In this document: positions 1-18,200 of the stretch, one piece after another
How the letters are laid out: each line of letters starts with the position of its first letter
Position numbering within the stretch: the stretch's first letter is position 1
Assembly: GCA_964016885.1 (NCBI GenBank)
Contig: OZ024742.1
Location: 3,162,001 to 3,226,000 of the forward strand
Source: Eledone cirrhosa
Taxonomy: Eukaryota
Length of the DNA stretch: 64,000 bases
Reading direction: 5' to 3'
Made by a program: the position numbers and the translations under genes
The notes under the pieces: generated by a model
The model's input: the letters and a program-made list of their open reading frames with translations, nothing else
Told to the model about the DNA's origin: nothing
Database searches by the model: none

Positions 1-469
1 ACACACTACATTAGAGTATAACACACTACATTATAGTATAACACACTACTATTGTATTAACATACTACCTTGTTGTATGAACACGCTAAACTATTATATT
101 AACACACTACATTATAGTATTAACACACTACACTACAGTATTAACACACTACACTATAGTATTAACACACTATACTACAGCATTAACAGACTACACTATA
201 GTATTAACACACAACACTATAGTATTAACACACTACATTATAGTATAACACACTACACTATAGTTTTAACACACTACATTATAGTATTAACACACATCAC
301 TATAGTATTAACACACTTCACCACAATATAGCACACTACACTATTGTGTTACCACACTAAACTATAGTATTAACACAACACTATAGTATTACACAATACA
401 ATATAGTATTAACAGACTACACTATAGTATTAACACACTACACTACAGTGTTAACAAACTACAATATAT

Positions 470-3400
470 TATTAACACACTATACTACAGTATTAACACA
501 CTACACTATTGTATTAACACACAACACTATAGTATTAACACACTACACTATATTATTAACACACTATACTACAGTATTAACACACTAAACTATAGTATTA
601 ACACACACCACTATAGTATTAACACACTACATTATAGTATAACACACTACACTATAGTATTAACACACTACACTATAGTATTAACACACATCACTATAGT
701 ATTAACACATTTCACCACAGTATAACACAATACACTATAGTATTAATACACTAACCTATAGTATAACACACTACACTATAGTAATAACACACAACACTAT
801 AGTATTAACACACCACACTATAGTATAACACACTACACTATAGTATTAACACACTAAACTATATTATTAACACACTACACTATAGTATTAACACACTACA
901 CTATAGTATTAAAACACAGCACTATAGTATTAACACACTACACTATAGTATTAACACACAACACTATATTAATAACACACTACACTATAGTATTAACATT
1001 CTACATTGTAGTATAACACACTACACTATAGTATTAACACACCACACTATAGTATAACACACTACACTATAGTATAACACACAACACTATAGTATTAACA
1101 CACTTCACTATAGTATCAACACACTATAATATAGTATTAACACACTACACTATAGTATTAACACACTACACTATATTATTAACACACTACACTATAGTAT
1201 TAAGACACAACACTATAGTATTAACACACTACACTATATTATATCACACTACACTATTGTATTAACACACTACACTATAGTATTAACACACTACACTATA
1301 ATATTAACACACTACACTGTAGTATAACACACTACACTATAATATTAACACACTACATTATAGTATTATCACACTACATTATAGTATTACACACTACACT
1401 ATAGTATTATTACACTACACTATAGTATTAACACACAACACTATAGTAATAACACACTACACTATAGTATTAAAACACAGCACTATAGTATTAACACACT
1501 ACACTATAGTATTAACACACAACACTATATTATTAACACACTACACTATAGTATTAACATTCTACATTATAGTATAACACACTACACTATAGTATTAACA
1601 CACTACACTATAGTATTAACACACTACACTCTAGTATAACACATTACACTATAGTATTAACACACTACACTATAGTATTAACACACTATACTACGGTATT
1701 AACACACTTCACTATTGTATTAACACACAACATTATTGTATTAACACTCTATACTATAATATTAACACACTACACTATAGTATTAACACACAACACTATA
1801 ATATTAACACACTACATTATCGTATTACACTCTACACTATAGTATTAACACACTACACTACAGTGTAACACACTACACTATAGATTTAACACAAAACTAT
1901 AGTATGAAAACATTACACTATAGTATTAACACAGCACTATAATATTAACAATCTATACTATAGTATTAACACACTACACAATAGTATTAACACACTACAC
2001 TATAATATAACACACTACACTATAGTATTAACACACTATACTACAGTATTAACACACTACACTATTGTATTAACACACAACACTATAGTATTAAGACACT
2101 ACGCTATAGTTTTAACACACTACAATAGAGTATAACACACTACATTATAGTATAACACACTACTATTGTATTAACACACTACCTTGTTGTATGAACACGC
2201 TACACTATTATATTAACACACTACATTATAGTATTAACACACTACACTACAGTATTAACACACTTCACTATAGTATTAACACACTATACTACAGTATTAA
2301 CAGGCTACACTATAGTATTAACACACAACACTATAGTATTAACACCCTACATTTTAGTATAACACACTACACTATAGTTTTAACACACTACATTATAGTA
2401 TTAACACACATCACTATAGTATTAACACACTTCACCACAGTATAGCACACTACACTATTGTGTTACCACACTAAACTATAGTATTAACACACCACTATAG
2501 TATAACACAATACAATATAGTATTAACACACTACACTATAGTATTAACACACTACACTATAGTATTAACACACTACACTATAGTATTAACACACTACACT
2601 ATAGTATTAACACACTGCACTATTGTATTAACACACAACACTATAGTATTAACACACTACACTATATTATTAACACACTATACTACAGTATTAACACACT
2701 AAACTATAGTATTAACACACACCACTATAGTATTAACACACTACATTATAGTATAACACACTACACTATAGTATTAACACACTACACTATAGTATTAACA
2801 CACATCACTATAGTATTAACACCTTTCACCACAGTATAACACAATACACTATCGTATTAATACACTAAACTATAGTATAACACACTACACTATAGTAATA
2901 ACACACTACACTATAGTATTAACACACTACACTATATTATTAACACACTACACTATAGTATTAACACACTACACTATAGTATTAACACACTACACTATAT
3001 TATTAACACACTACACTATAGTATTAACACACAACACTATACTATTAACACACTACACTATATTATATCACACTACACTATTGTATTAACACACTACACT
3101 ATAGGTATTAACACACTACACTATAGTATTAAAACACAGCACTATAGTATTAACACACTACACTATAGTATTAACACACAACACTATATTATTAACACAC
3201 TAAACTATAGTATTAACATTCTACATTATAGTATAACACACTAGACTATAGTATTAACACACTACACTATAGTATTAACACACTACACTATAGTATAACA
3301 CACTACACTATAGTATTAACACACTACACTATAGTATTAACACACTATACTACAGTATTAACACACTACACTATTGTATTAACACACAACACTATAGTAT

Positions 3401-6400
3401 TAACACACTACACTATATTATTAACACACTATACTACAGTATTAACACACTAAACTATAGTATTAACACACACCACTATAGTATTAACACACTACATTAT
3501 AGTATAACACACTACACTATAGTATTAACACACTACACTATAGTATTAACACACATCACTATAGTATTAACACATTTCACCACAGTATAACACAATACAC
3601 TATCGTATTAATACACTAACCTATAGTATAACACACTACACTATAGTAATAACACACAACACTATAGTATTAACACACCACACTATAGTATAACACACTA
3701 CACTATAGTATTAACACACTAAACTATATTATTAACACACTACACTATAGTATTAACACACTACACTATAGTATTAAAACACAGCACTATAGTATTAACA
3801 CACTACACTATAGTATTAACACACAACACTATATTAATAACACACTACACTATAGTATTAACATTCTACATTGTAGTATAACACACTACACTATAGTATT
3901 AACACACCACACTATAGTATAACACACTACACTATAGTATAACACACAACACTATAGTATTAACACACTTCACTATAGTATCAACACACTATAATATAGT
4001 ATTAACACACTACACTATAGTATTAACACACTACACTATATTATTAACACACTACACTATAGTATTAAGACACAACACTATAGTATTAACACACTACACT
4101 ATATTATATCACACTACACTATTGTATTAACACACTACACTATAGTATTAACACACTACACTATAATATTAACACACTACACTGTAGTATAACACACTAC
4201 ACTATAATATTAACACACTACATTATAGTATTATCACACTACATTATAGTATTACACACTACACTATAGTATTATTACACTACACTATAGTATTAACACA
4301 CAACACTATAGTAATAACACACTACACTATAGTATTAAAACACAGCACTATAGTATTAACACACTACACTATAGTATTAACACACAACACTATATTATTA
4401 ACACACTACACTATAGTATTAACATTCTACATTATAGTATAACACACTACACTATAGTATTAACACACTACACTATAGTATTAACACACTACACTCTAGT
4501 ATAACACATTACACTATAGTATTAACACACTACACTATAGTATTAACACACTATACTACGGTATTAACACACTTCACTATTGTATTAACACACAACATTA
4601 TTGTATTAACACTCTATACTATAATATTAACACACTACACTATAGTATTAACACACAACACTATAATATTAACACACTACATTATCGTATTACACTCTAC
4701 ACTATAGTATTAACACACTACACTACAGTGTAACACACTACACTATAGATTTAACACAAAACTATAGTATGAAAACATTACACTATAGTATTAACACAGC
4801 ACTATAATATTAACAATCTATACTATAGTATTAACACACTACACAATAGTATTAACACACTACACTATAATATAACACACTACACTATAGTATTAACACA
4901 CTATACTACAGTATTAACACACTACACTATTGTATTAACACACAACACTATAGTATTAAGACACTACGCTATAGTTTTAACACACTACAATAGAGTATAA
5001 CACACTACATTATAGTATAACACACTACTATTGTATTAACACACTACCTTGTTGTATGAACACGCTACACTATTATATTAACACACTACATTATAGTATT
5101 AACACACTACACTACAGTATTAACACACTTCACTATAGTATTAACACACTATACTACAGTATTAACAGGCTACACTATAGTATTAACACACAACACTATA
5201 GTATTAACACCCTACATTTTAGTATAACACACTACACTATAGTTTTAACACACTACATTATAGTATTAACACACATCACTATAGTATTAACACACTTCAC
5301 CACAGTATAGCACACTACACTATTGTGTTACCACACTAAACTATAGTATTAACACACCACTATAGTATAACACAATACAATATAGTATTAACACACTACA
5401 CTATAGTATTAACACACTACACTATAGTATTAACACACTACACTATAGTATTAACACACTACACTATAGTATTAACACAAAACTATAGTATGAACACATT
5501 ACACTATAGTATTAATACAGCACTATAGTATTAACACACTACACTATAGTATTAACACACTGCACTATTGTATTAACACACAACACTATAGTATTAACAC
5601 ACTACACTATATTATTAACACACTATACTACAGTATTAACACACTAAACTATAGTATTAACACACACCACTATAGTATTAACACACTACATTATAGTATA
5701 ACACACTACACTATAGTATTAACACACTACACTATAGTATTAACACACATCACTATAGTATTAACACCTTTCACCACAGTATAACACAATACACTATCGT
5801 ATTAATACACTAAACTATAGTATAACACACTACACTATAGTAATAACACACTACACTATAGTATTAACACACTACACTATATTATTAACACACTACACTA
5901 TAGTATTAACACACTACACTATAGTATTAACACACTACACTATATTATTAACACACTACACTATAGTATTAACACACAACACTATACTATTAACACACTA
6001 CACTATATTATATCACACTACACTATTGTATTAACACACTACACTATAGGTATTAACACACTACACTATAGTATTAAAACACAGCACTATAGTATTAACA
6101 CACTACACTATAGTATTAACACACAACACTATATTATTAACACACTAAACTATAGTATTAACATTCTACATTATAGTATAACACACTAGACTATAGTATT
6201 AACACACTACACTATAGTATTAACACACTACACTATAGTATAACACACTACACTATAGTATTAACACACTACACTATAGTATTAACACACTATACTACAG
6301 TATTAACACACTACACTATTGTATTAACACACAACACTATAGTATTAACACACTACACTATATTATTAACACACTATACTACAGTATTAACACACTAAAC

Positions 6401-9250
6401 TATAGTATTAACACACACCACTATAGTATTAACACACTACATTATAGTATAACACACTACACTATAGTATTAACACACTACACTATAGTATTAACACACA
6501 TCACTATAGTATTAACACATTTCACCACAGTATAACACAATACACTATCGTATTAATACACTAACCTATAGTATAACACACTACACTATAGTAATAACAC
6601 ACAACACTATAGTATTAACACACCACACTATAGTATAACACACTACACTATAGTATTAACACACTAAACTATATTATTAACACACTACACTATAGTATTA
6701 ACACACTACACTATAGTATTAAAACACAGCACTATAGTATTAACACACTACACTATAGTATTAACACACAACACTATATTAATAACACACTACACTATAG
6801 TATTAACATTCTACATTGTAGTATAACACACTACACTATAGTATTAACACACCACACTATAGTATAACACACTACACTATAGTATAACACACAACACTAT
6901 AGTATTAACACACTTCACTATAGTATCAACACACTATAATATAGTATTAACACACTACACTATAGTATTAACACACTACACTATATTATTAACACACTAC
7001 ACTATAGTATTAAGACACAACACTATAGTATTAACACACTACACTATATTATATCACACTACACTATTGTATTAACACACTACACTATAGTATTAACACA
7101 CTACACTATAATATTAACACACTACACTGTAGTATAACACACTACACTATAATATTAACACACTACATTATAGTATTATCACACTATATTATAGTATTAC
7201 ACACTACACTATAGAATTATTACACTACACTATAGTATTAACACACAACACTATAGTAATAACACACTACACTATAGTATTAAAACACAGCACTATAGTA
7301 TTAACACACTACACTATAGTATTAACACACAACACTATATTATTAACACACTACACTATAGTATTAACATTCTACATTATAGTATAACACACTACACTAT
7401 AGTATTAACACACTACACTATAGTATTAACACACTACACTCTAGTATAACACATTACACTATAGTATTAACACACTACACTATAGTATTAACACACTATA
7501 CTACGGTATTAACACACTTCACTATTGTATTAACACACAACATTATTGTATTAACACTCTATACTATAATATTAACACACTACACTATAGTATTAACACA
7601 CAACACTATAATATTAACACACTACATTATCGTATTACACTCTACACTATAGTATTAACACACTACACTACAGTGTAACACACTACACTATAGATTTAAC
7701 ACAAAACTATAGTATGAAAACATTACACTATAGTATTAACACAGCACTATAATATTAACAATCTATACTATAGTATTAACACACTACACTATAGTATTAA
7801 CACACTACACTATAGTATAACACACTACACTATAGTATTAACACACTATACTACAGTATTAACACACTACACTATTGTATTAACACACAACACTATAGTA
7901 TTAACACACTACACTATAGTTTTAACACACTACAATAGAGTATAACACACTACATTATAGTATAACACACTACTATTGTATTAACACACTACCTTGTTGT
8001 ATGAACACGCTACACTATTATATTAACACACTACATTATAGTATTAACACACTACACTACAGTATTAACACACTTCACTGTAGTATTAACACACTATACT
8101 ACAGTATTAACAGGCTACACTATAGTATTAACACACAACACTATAGTATTAACACCCTACATTTTAGTATAACACACTACACTATAGTTTTAACACACTA
8201 CATTATAGTATTAACACACATCACTATAGTATTAACACACTTCACCACAGTATAGCACACTACACTATTGTGTTACCACACTAAACTATAGTATTAACAC
8301 ACCACTATAGTATAACACAATACAATATAGTATTAACACACTACACTATAGTATTAACACACTACACTATAGTATTAACACACTACACTATAGTATTAAC
8401 ACACTACACTATAGTATTAACACAAAACTATAGTAAGAACACATTACACTATAGTATTAATACAGCACTATAGTATTAACACACTACACTATAGTATTAA
8501 CACACTGCACTATTGTATTAACACACAACACTATAGTATTAACACACTACACTATATTATTAACACACTATACTACAGTATTAACACACTAAATTATAGT
8601 ATTAACACACACCACTATAGTATTAACACACTACATTATAGTATAACACACTACACTATAGTATTAACACACTACACTATAGTATTAACACACATCACTA
8701 TAGTATTAACACCTTTCACCACAGTATAACACAATACACTATCGTATTAATACACTAAACTATAGTATAACACACTACACTATAGTAATAACACACTACA
8801 CTATAATATTAACACACTACACTATATTATTAACACACTACACTATAGTATTAACACACTACACTATAGTATTAACACACTACACTATATTATTAACACA
8901 CTACACTATAGTATTAACACACAACACTATACTATTAACACACTACACTATATTATATCACAATACACTATTGTATTAACACACTACACTATAGGTATTA
9001 ACACACTACACTATAGTATTAAAACACAGCACTATAGTATTAACACACTACACTATAGTATTAACACACAACACTATATTATTAACACACTAAACTATAG
9101 TATTAACATTCTACATTATAGTATAACACACTAGACTATAGTATTAACACACTACACTATAGTATTAACACACTACACTATAGTATAACACACTATACTA
9201 TAGTATTAACACACTACACTATAGTATTAACACACTATACTACAGTATTA
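470..9250. repeat. Near-identical tandem triplication of a ~2.9 kb satellite block (offsets 2865 and 2945 bp); ends approximate
   Basis: Landmark ORFs at 2191/5056/8001 share private variants (caggctac, aacaccctacatttt, caatctatac). 601, 3466 and 6411 align at the same offsets. Confidence 0.8.
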
Positions 9251-12200
9251 ACACACTTCACTATTGTATTAACACACAACATTATTGTATTAACACACTA
9301 TACTATAGTATTAACACACTACACTATAGTATTAACACACAACACTATAATATTAACACACTACATTATCGTATTACACTCTACACTATAGTATTAACAC
9401 ACTACACTACAGTGTAACACACTACACTATAGATTTAACACAAAACTATAGTATGAAAACATTACACTATAGTATTAACACAGCACTATAATATTAACAC
9501 TCTATACTATAGTATTAACACACTACACTATAGTATTAACACACTACACTATAGTATAACACACTACACTATAGTATTAACACACTATACTACAGTATTA
9601 ACACACTACACTATTGTATTAACACACAACACTATAGTATTAACACACTACATTATAGTATAACACACTACACTATAGTTTTAACACACTACATTAGAGT
9701 ATAACACACTACATTATAGTATAACACACTACTATTGTATTAACATACTACCTTGTTGTATGAACACGCTAAACTATTATATTAACACACTACATTATAG
9801 TATTAACACACTACACTACAGTATTAACACACTACACTATAGTATTAACACACTATACTACAGCATTAACAGACTACACTATAGTATTAACACACAACAC
9901 TATAGTATTAACACACTACATTATAGTATAACACACTACACTATAGTTTGAACACACTACATTATAGTATTAACACACATCACTATAGTATTAACACACT
10001 TCACCACAGTATAGCACACTACACTATTGTGTTACCACACTAAACTATAGTATTAACACAACACTATAGTATAACACAATACAATATAGTATTAACAGAC
10101 TACACTATAGTATTAACACACTACACTCTAGTATTAACAAACTATACTACAGTATTAACACACTACACTATAGTATTAACACACTACACTATAGTATGAA
10201 CACACTACACTATAGTATTAACACAAAACTATAGTATGAACACATTACACTATAGTATTAATACAGCACTATAGTATTAACACACTACACTATAGTATTA
10301 ACACACTACACTACAGTGTTAACACACTACAATATAGTATTAACACACTATACTACAGTATTAACACACTACACTATTGTATTAACACACAGCACTATAG
10401 TATTAACACACTACACTATATTATTAACACACTATACTACAGTATTAACACACTAAACTATAGTATTAACACACACCACTATAGTATTAACACACTACAT
10501 TATAGTATAACACACTACACTATAGTATTAACACACTACACTATAGTATTAACCCACATCACTATAGTATTAACACATTTCACCACAGTATAACACAATA
10601 CACTATCGTATTAATACACTAAACTATAGTATAATACACTACACTATAGTAATAACACACAACACTATAGTATTAACACACCACACTATAGTATAACACA
10701 CTACACTATAGTATTAACACACTACACTATATTATTAACACACTACACTATAGTATTAACACACTACACTATAGTATTAACACACTACACTATATTATTA
10801 ACACACTACACTATAGTATTAACACACAACACTATACTATTAACACACTACACTATATTATATCACACTACGCTATTGTATTAACACACTACACTATAGT
10901 ATTAACACACTACACTATAGTATTAAGCCACTACACTGTGGTATAACACACTACACTATAATTTTATCACACTACGCTTTAGTATTAACATACTAAACTA
11001 TAGTATTAACACACTACACTATAGGTATTAACACACTACACTATAGTATTAAAACACAGCACTATAGTATTAACACACTACCCTATAGTATTAACACAGA
11101 ACACTATATTATTAACACACTACACTATAGTATTAACATTCTACATTGTAGTATAACACACTACACTATAGTATTAACACACCACACTATAGTATAACAC
11201 ACTACACTATAGTATAACACACAACACTATAGTATTAACACACTTCACTATAGTATCAACACACTATAATATAGTATTAACACACTACACTATAGTATTA
11301 ACACACTACACTATATTATTAACACACTACACTATAGTATTAAGACACAACACTATAGTATTAACACACTACACTATATTATATCACACTACACTATTGT
11401 ATTAACACACTACACTATAGTATTTACACACTACACTATAATATTAACACACTACACTGTAGTAGAACACACTACACTATAATATTAACACACTACATTA
11501 TAGTATTAACACACTACATTATAGTATTACACACTACACTATAGTATTATTACACTACACTATAGTATTAACACACAACACTATAGTAATAACACACTAC
11601 ACTATAGTATTAAAACACAGCACTATAGTATTAACACACTACACTATAGTATTAACACACAACACTATATTATTAACACACTACACTATAGTATTAACAT
11701 TCTACCTTATAGTATAACACACTACACTATAGTATTAACACACTACACTATAGTATTAACACACTACACTCTAGTATAACACATTACACTATAGTATTAA
11801 CACACTACACTATAGTATTAACACACTATACTACAGTATTAACACACTTCACTATTGTATTAACACACAACATTATTGTATTAACACTCTATACTATAGT
11901 ATTAACACACTACACTATAGTATTAACACACAACACTATAATATTAACACACTACATTATCGTATTACACTCTACACCATAGTATTAACACACTACACTA
12001 CAGTGTAACACAATACACTATAGTATTAACACACTACACTATAGATTTAACACAAAACTATAGTATGAAAACATTACACTATAGTATTAACACAGCACTA
12101 TAATATTAACACTCTATACTATAGTATTAACACACTACACTATAGTATAACACACTACAATATAGTATTAACACACTATACTACAGTATTAACACACTAC

Positions 12201-15200
12201 ACTATTGTATTAACACACAACACTATACTATTAACACACTACATTATAGTATAACACACTACACTATAGTTTTAACACACTACAATAGAGTATAACACAC
12301 TACATTATAGTATAACACACTACTATTGTATGAACACACTACCTTGTTGTATGAACACGCTACACTATTATATTAACACACTACATTATAGTATTAACAC
12401 ACTACACTACAGTATTAACACACTTCACTATAGTATTAACACACTATACTACAGTATTAACAGACTACACTATAGTATTAAGACACAACACTATAGTATT
12501 AACACACTACATTTTAGTATAACACACTACACTATAGTTTTAACACACTACATTATAGTATTAACACACATCACTATACTATTAACACACTTCACCACAG
12601 TATAGCACACTACACTATTGTGTTACCACACTAAACTATAGTATTAACACAACACTATAGTATAACACAATACAATATAGTATTAACACACAACACTATA
12701 GTATTAACACACTACACTATAGTATTAACACACTACACTATAGTATTAACACAAAACTATAGTATGAACACATTACACTATAGTATTAATACAGCACTAT
12801 AGTATTAACACACTACACTATAGTATTAACACACTGCACTATTGTATTAACACACAACACTATAGTATTAACACACTACACTATATTATTAACACACTAT
12901 ACTACAGTATTAACACACTAAACTATAGTATTAACACACACCACTATAGTATTAACACACTACATTATAGTATAACACACTACACTATAGTATTAACACA
13001 CTACACGATAGTATTAACACACATCACTATAGTATTAACACCTTTCACCACAGTATAACACAATACACTATCGTATTAATACACTAAACTATAGTATAAC
13101 ACACTACACTATAGTATTAACACACTACACTATAGTATTAACACACTACACTATATTATTAACACACTACACTATAGTATTAACACACTACACTATAGTA
13201 TTAACACACTACACTATATTATTAACACACTACACTATAGTATTAACACACAACACTATACTATTAACACACTACACTATAGTATTAAAACACAGCACTA
13301 TAGTATTAACACACAACACTATATTATTAACACACTAAACTATAGTATTAACATTCTACATTATAGTATAACACACTACACTATAGTATTAACACACTAC
13401 ACTATAGTATTAACACACATCACTATAGTATTAACACATTTCACCACAGTATAACACAATACACTATCGTATTAATACACTAAACTATAGTATAACACAC
13501 TACACTATAGTAATAACACACAACACTATAGTATAAACACACCACACTATAGTATAACACACTACACTATAGTATTAACGCACTACACTATATTATTAAC
13601 ACACTACACTATAGTATTAACACACTACACTATAGTATTAACACACTACACTATATTATTAACACACTACACTATAGTATTAACACACAACACTATACTA
13701 TTAACACACTACACTATATTATATCACACTACACTATTGTATTAACACACTACACTATAGTATTAACACACTGCACTATAGTATTAACCCACTACACTGT
13801 GGTATAACACACTACACTATAATATTATCAAACTACGCTTTAGTATTAACATACTAAACTATAGAATTAACACACTACACTATAGGTATTAACACACTAC
13901 ACTATAGTATTAAAACACAGCACTATAGTATTAACACACTACACTATAGTATTAACACACAACACTATATTATTAACACACTAAACTATAGTATTAACAT
14001 TCTACATTATAGTATAACACACTAGACTATAGTATTAACACACTACACTATAGTATTAACACACAACACTATAATATTAACACACTTCACTATTGTATTA
14101 ACACACAACATTATTGTATTAACACACTATACTATAGTATTAACACACTACACTATAGTATTAACACACAACACTATAATATTAACACACTACATTATCG
14201 TATTACACTCTACACTATAGTATTAACACACTACACTACAGTGTAACACACTACACTATAGTATTAACACACTACACTATAGATTTAACACAAAACTATA
14301 GTATGAAAACATTACACTATAGTATTAACACAGCACTATAATATTAACACTCTATACTATAGTATTAACACACTACACTATAGTATTAACACACTACACT
14401 ATAGTATAACACACTACACTATAGTATTAACACACTACAATATAGTATTAACACACTATACTACAGTATTAACACACTTCACTATTGTATTAACACACAA
14501 CATTATTGTATTAACACACTATACTATAGTATTAACACACTACACTATAGTATTAACACACAACACTATAATATTAACACACTACATTATCGTATTACAC
14601 TCTACACTATAGTATTAACACACTACACTACAGTGTAACACACTACACTATAGTATTAACACACTACACTATAGATTTAACACAAAACTATAGTATGAAA
14701 ACATTACACTATAGTATTAACACAGCACTATAATATTAACACTCTATGCTATAGTATTAACACGTTACATTATAGTATTAACACACTACACTATAGTATA
14801 ACACACTACACTATAGTATTAACACACTATACTACAGTATTAACACACTACACTATTGTATTAACACACAACACTATAGTATTAACACACTACATTATAG
14901 TATAACACACTACACTATAGTTTTAACACACTACATTAGAGTATAACACACTACATTATAGTATAACACACTACTATTGTATTAACATACTACCTTGTTG
15001 TATGAACACGCTAAACTATTATATTAACACACTACATTATTGTATTAACACACTACACTACAGTATTAACACACTACACTATAGTATTAACACACTATAC
15101 TACAGCATTAACAGACTACACTATAGTATTAACACACAACACTATAGTATTAACACACTACATTATAGTATAACACACTACACTATAGTTTTAACACACT

Positions 15201-18200
15201 ACATTATAGTATTAACACACATCACTATAGTATTAACACACTTCACCACAGTATAGCACACTACACTATTGTGTTAACACACTAAACTATAGTATTAACA
15301 CAACACTATAGTATAACACAATACAATATAGTATTAACAGACTACACTATAGTATTAACACACTACACTCTAGTATTAACACACTACACAGCAGTGTTAA
15401 CACACTACAATATAGTATTAACACACTATACTACAGTATTAACACACTACACTATAGTATTAGCACACTACACTATAGTATGAACACACTACACTATAGT
15501 ATTAACACAAAACTATAGTATGAACACATTACACTATAGTATTAATACAGCACTATAGTATTAACACACTACACTATAGTATTAACACACTACATTACAG
15601 TGTTAACACACTACAATATAGTATTAACACACTATACTACAGTATTAACACACTATACTATTGTATTAACACACAACACTATAGTATTAACACACTACAC
15701 TATATTATTAACACACTATACTACAGTATTAACACACTAAACTATAGTATTAACACACACCACTATAGTATTAACACACATCACTATAGTATTAACACAT
15801 TTCACCACAGTATAACACAATACACTATCGTATTAATACACTAAACTATAGTATAACACACTACACTATAGTAATAACACACAACACTATAGTATTAACA
15901 CACCACACTATAGTATAACACACTACACTATAGTATTAACACACTACACTATATTATTAACACACTACACTATAGTATTAACACACTACACTATAGTATT
16001 AACACACTACACTATATTATTAACACACTACACTATAGTATTAACACACAACACTATACTATTAACACACTACACTATATTATATCACACTACACTATTG
16101 TATTAACACACTACACTATAGTATTAACACACTACACTATAGTATTAACCCACTACACTGTGGTATAACACACTACACTATAATATTATCACACTACGCT
16201 TTAGTATTAACATACTAAACTATAGTATTAACACACTACACTATAGGTATTAACACACTACACTATAGCATTAAAACACAGCACTATAGTATTAACACAC
16301 TACACTATAGTATTAACACACAACACTATAATATTAACACACTAAACTATAGTATTAACATTCTACATTGTAGTATAACACACTACACTATAGTATTAAC
16401 ACACTACACTATAGTATTAACACACTATACTACAGTATTAACACACTTCACTATTTTATTAACACACAACATTATTGTATTAACACTCTATACTACAGTA
16501 TTAACACACTACACTAAAGTATTAACACACAGCACTATAATATTAACACACTACATTATCGTATTACACTCTACACTATAGTATTAACACACTACACTAC
16601 AGTGTAACACACTACACTATAGTATTAACAAACTACACTATAGATTTAACACAAAACTATAGTATGAAAACATTACACTATAGTATTAACACAGCACTAT
16701 AATATTAACACTCTATACTATAGTATTAACACACTACACTATAGTATTAACACACTACACTATAGTCTAAAATACTACACTATAGTATTAACACACTATA
16801 CTACAGTATTAACACACTACACTATTGTATTAACACACAACACTATAGTATTAACACACTACATTATAGTATAACACACTACACTATAGTTTTAACACAC
16901 TACATTAGAGTATAACACACTACATTATAGTATAACACACTACTATAGTATTAACACACTACCTTGTTGTATGAACACGCTACACTATTATATTAACACG
17001 CTGCACTATTATATTAACACACTACATTATAGTATGAACACACTACACTACAGTATTAACACACTACACTATAGTATTAACACACTATACAACCGTATTA
17101 ACAGACTACACTATAGTATTAACACACAACACTATAGTATTAACACACTACATTATAGTATGACACACTACACTATAGTTTTAAAACACTACATTATAGT
17201 ATTAACACACATCACTATAGTGTTAACACACTTGACCACAGTATAGCACACTACCCTATTGTTTTACCACACTAAACTATAGTATTAACACAACACTATA
17301 GTATAACACAATACAATATAGTATTAACAGACTACACTATTGTATTAACACACATCACTATAGTATTAACACACTACATTATAGTATAACACACTACACT
17401 ATAGTATTATCACACTACACTATAGTATAACACACTCCACTATAGTATTAACACACTACACTATAGTATTAACACACTATACTATAGTATTAACATAAAA
17501 TTATAGTATGAACACATTACACTATAGTATTAATACAGCACTATAGTATTAACACACTACACTATAGTATTAACACACTACATTACAGTGTTAACACACT
17601 ACAATATAGTATTAACACACTATACTACAGTATTAACACACTACACTATTGTATTAACACACAACACTATAGTATTAACACACTACACTATAGTATTAAC
17701 ACACAACACTATAGTATTAACACACTACACTATAGTATTAACACACTACACTACAGTATTAACACTGTACACTATAGTATTAACACACTATACTACGGTA
17801 TTAACACAATAAACTATAGTATTACACCACTATAGTATTAACACATTTCACCACAGTATAACACAATACACTATCGTATTTATACACTAAATGATATTAT
17901 AACACACTACACTACAGTATTAACACTGTACACTATAGTATTAACACACTATACTACGGTATTAACACAATAAACTATAGTATTACACCACTATAGTATT
18001 AACACATTTCACCACAGTATAACACAATACACTATCGTATTTATACACTAAATGATATTATAACACACTACACTATAGTAATAACACACAACACTATAGT
18101 ATTAACACACCACACTATAGTATAACACACAACACTATAGTATTAACACACAACACTATAGTATTAACATACCACACTATAGTATAACACACTACACTAT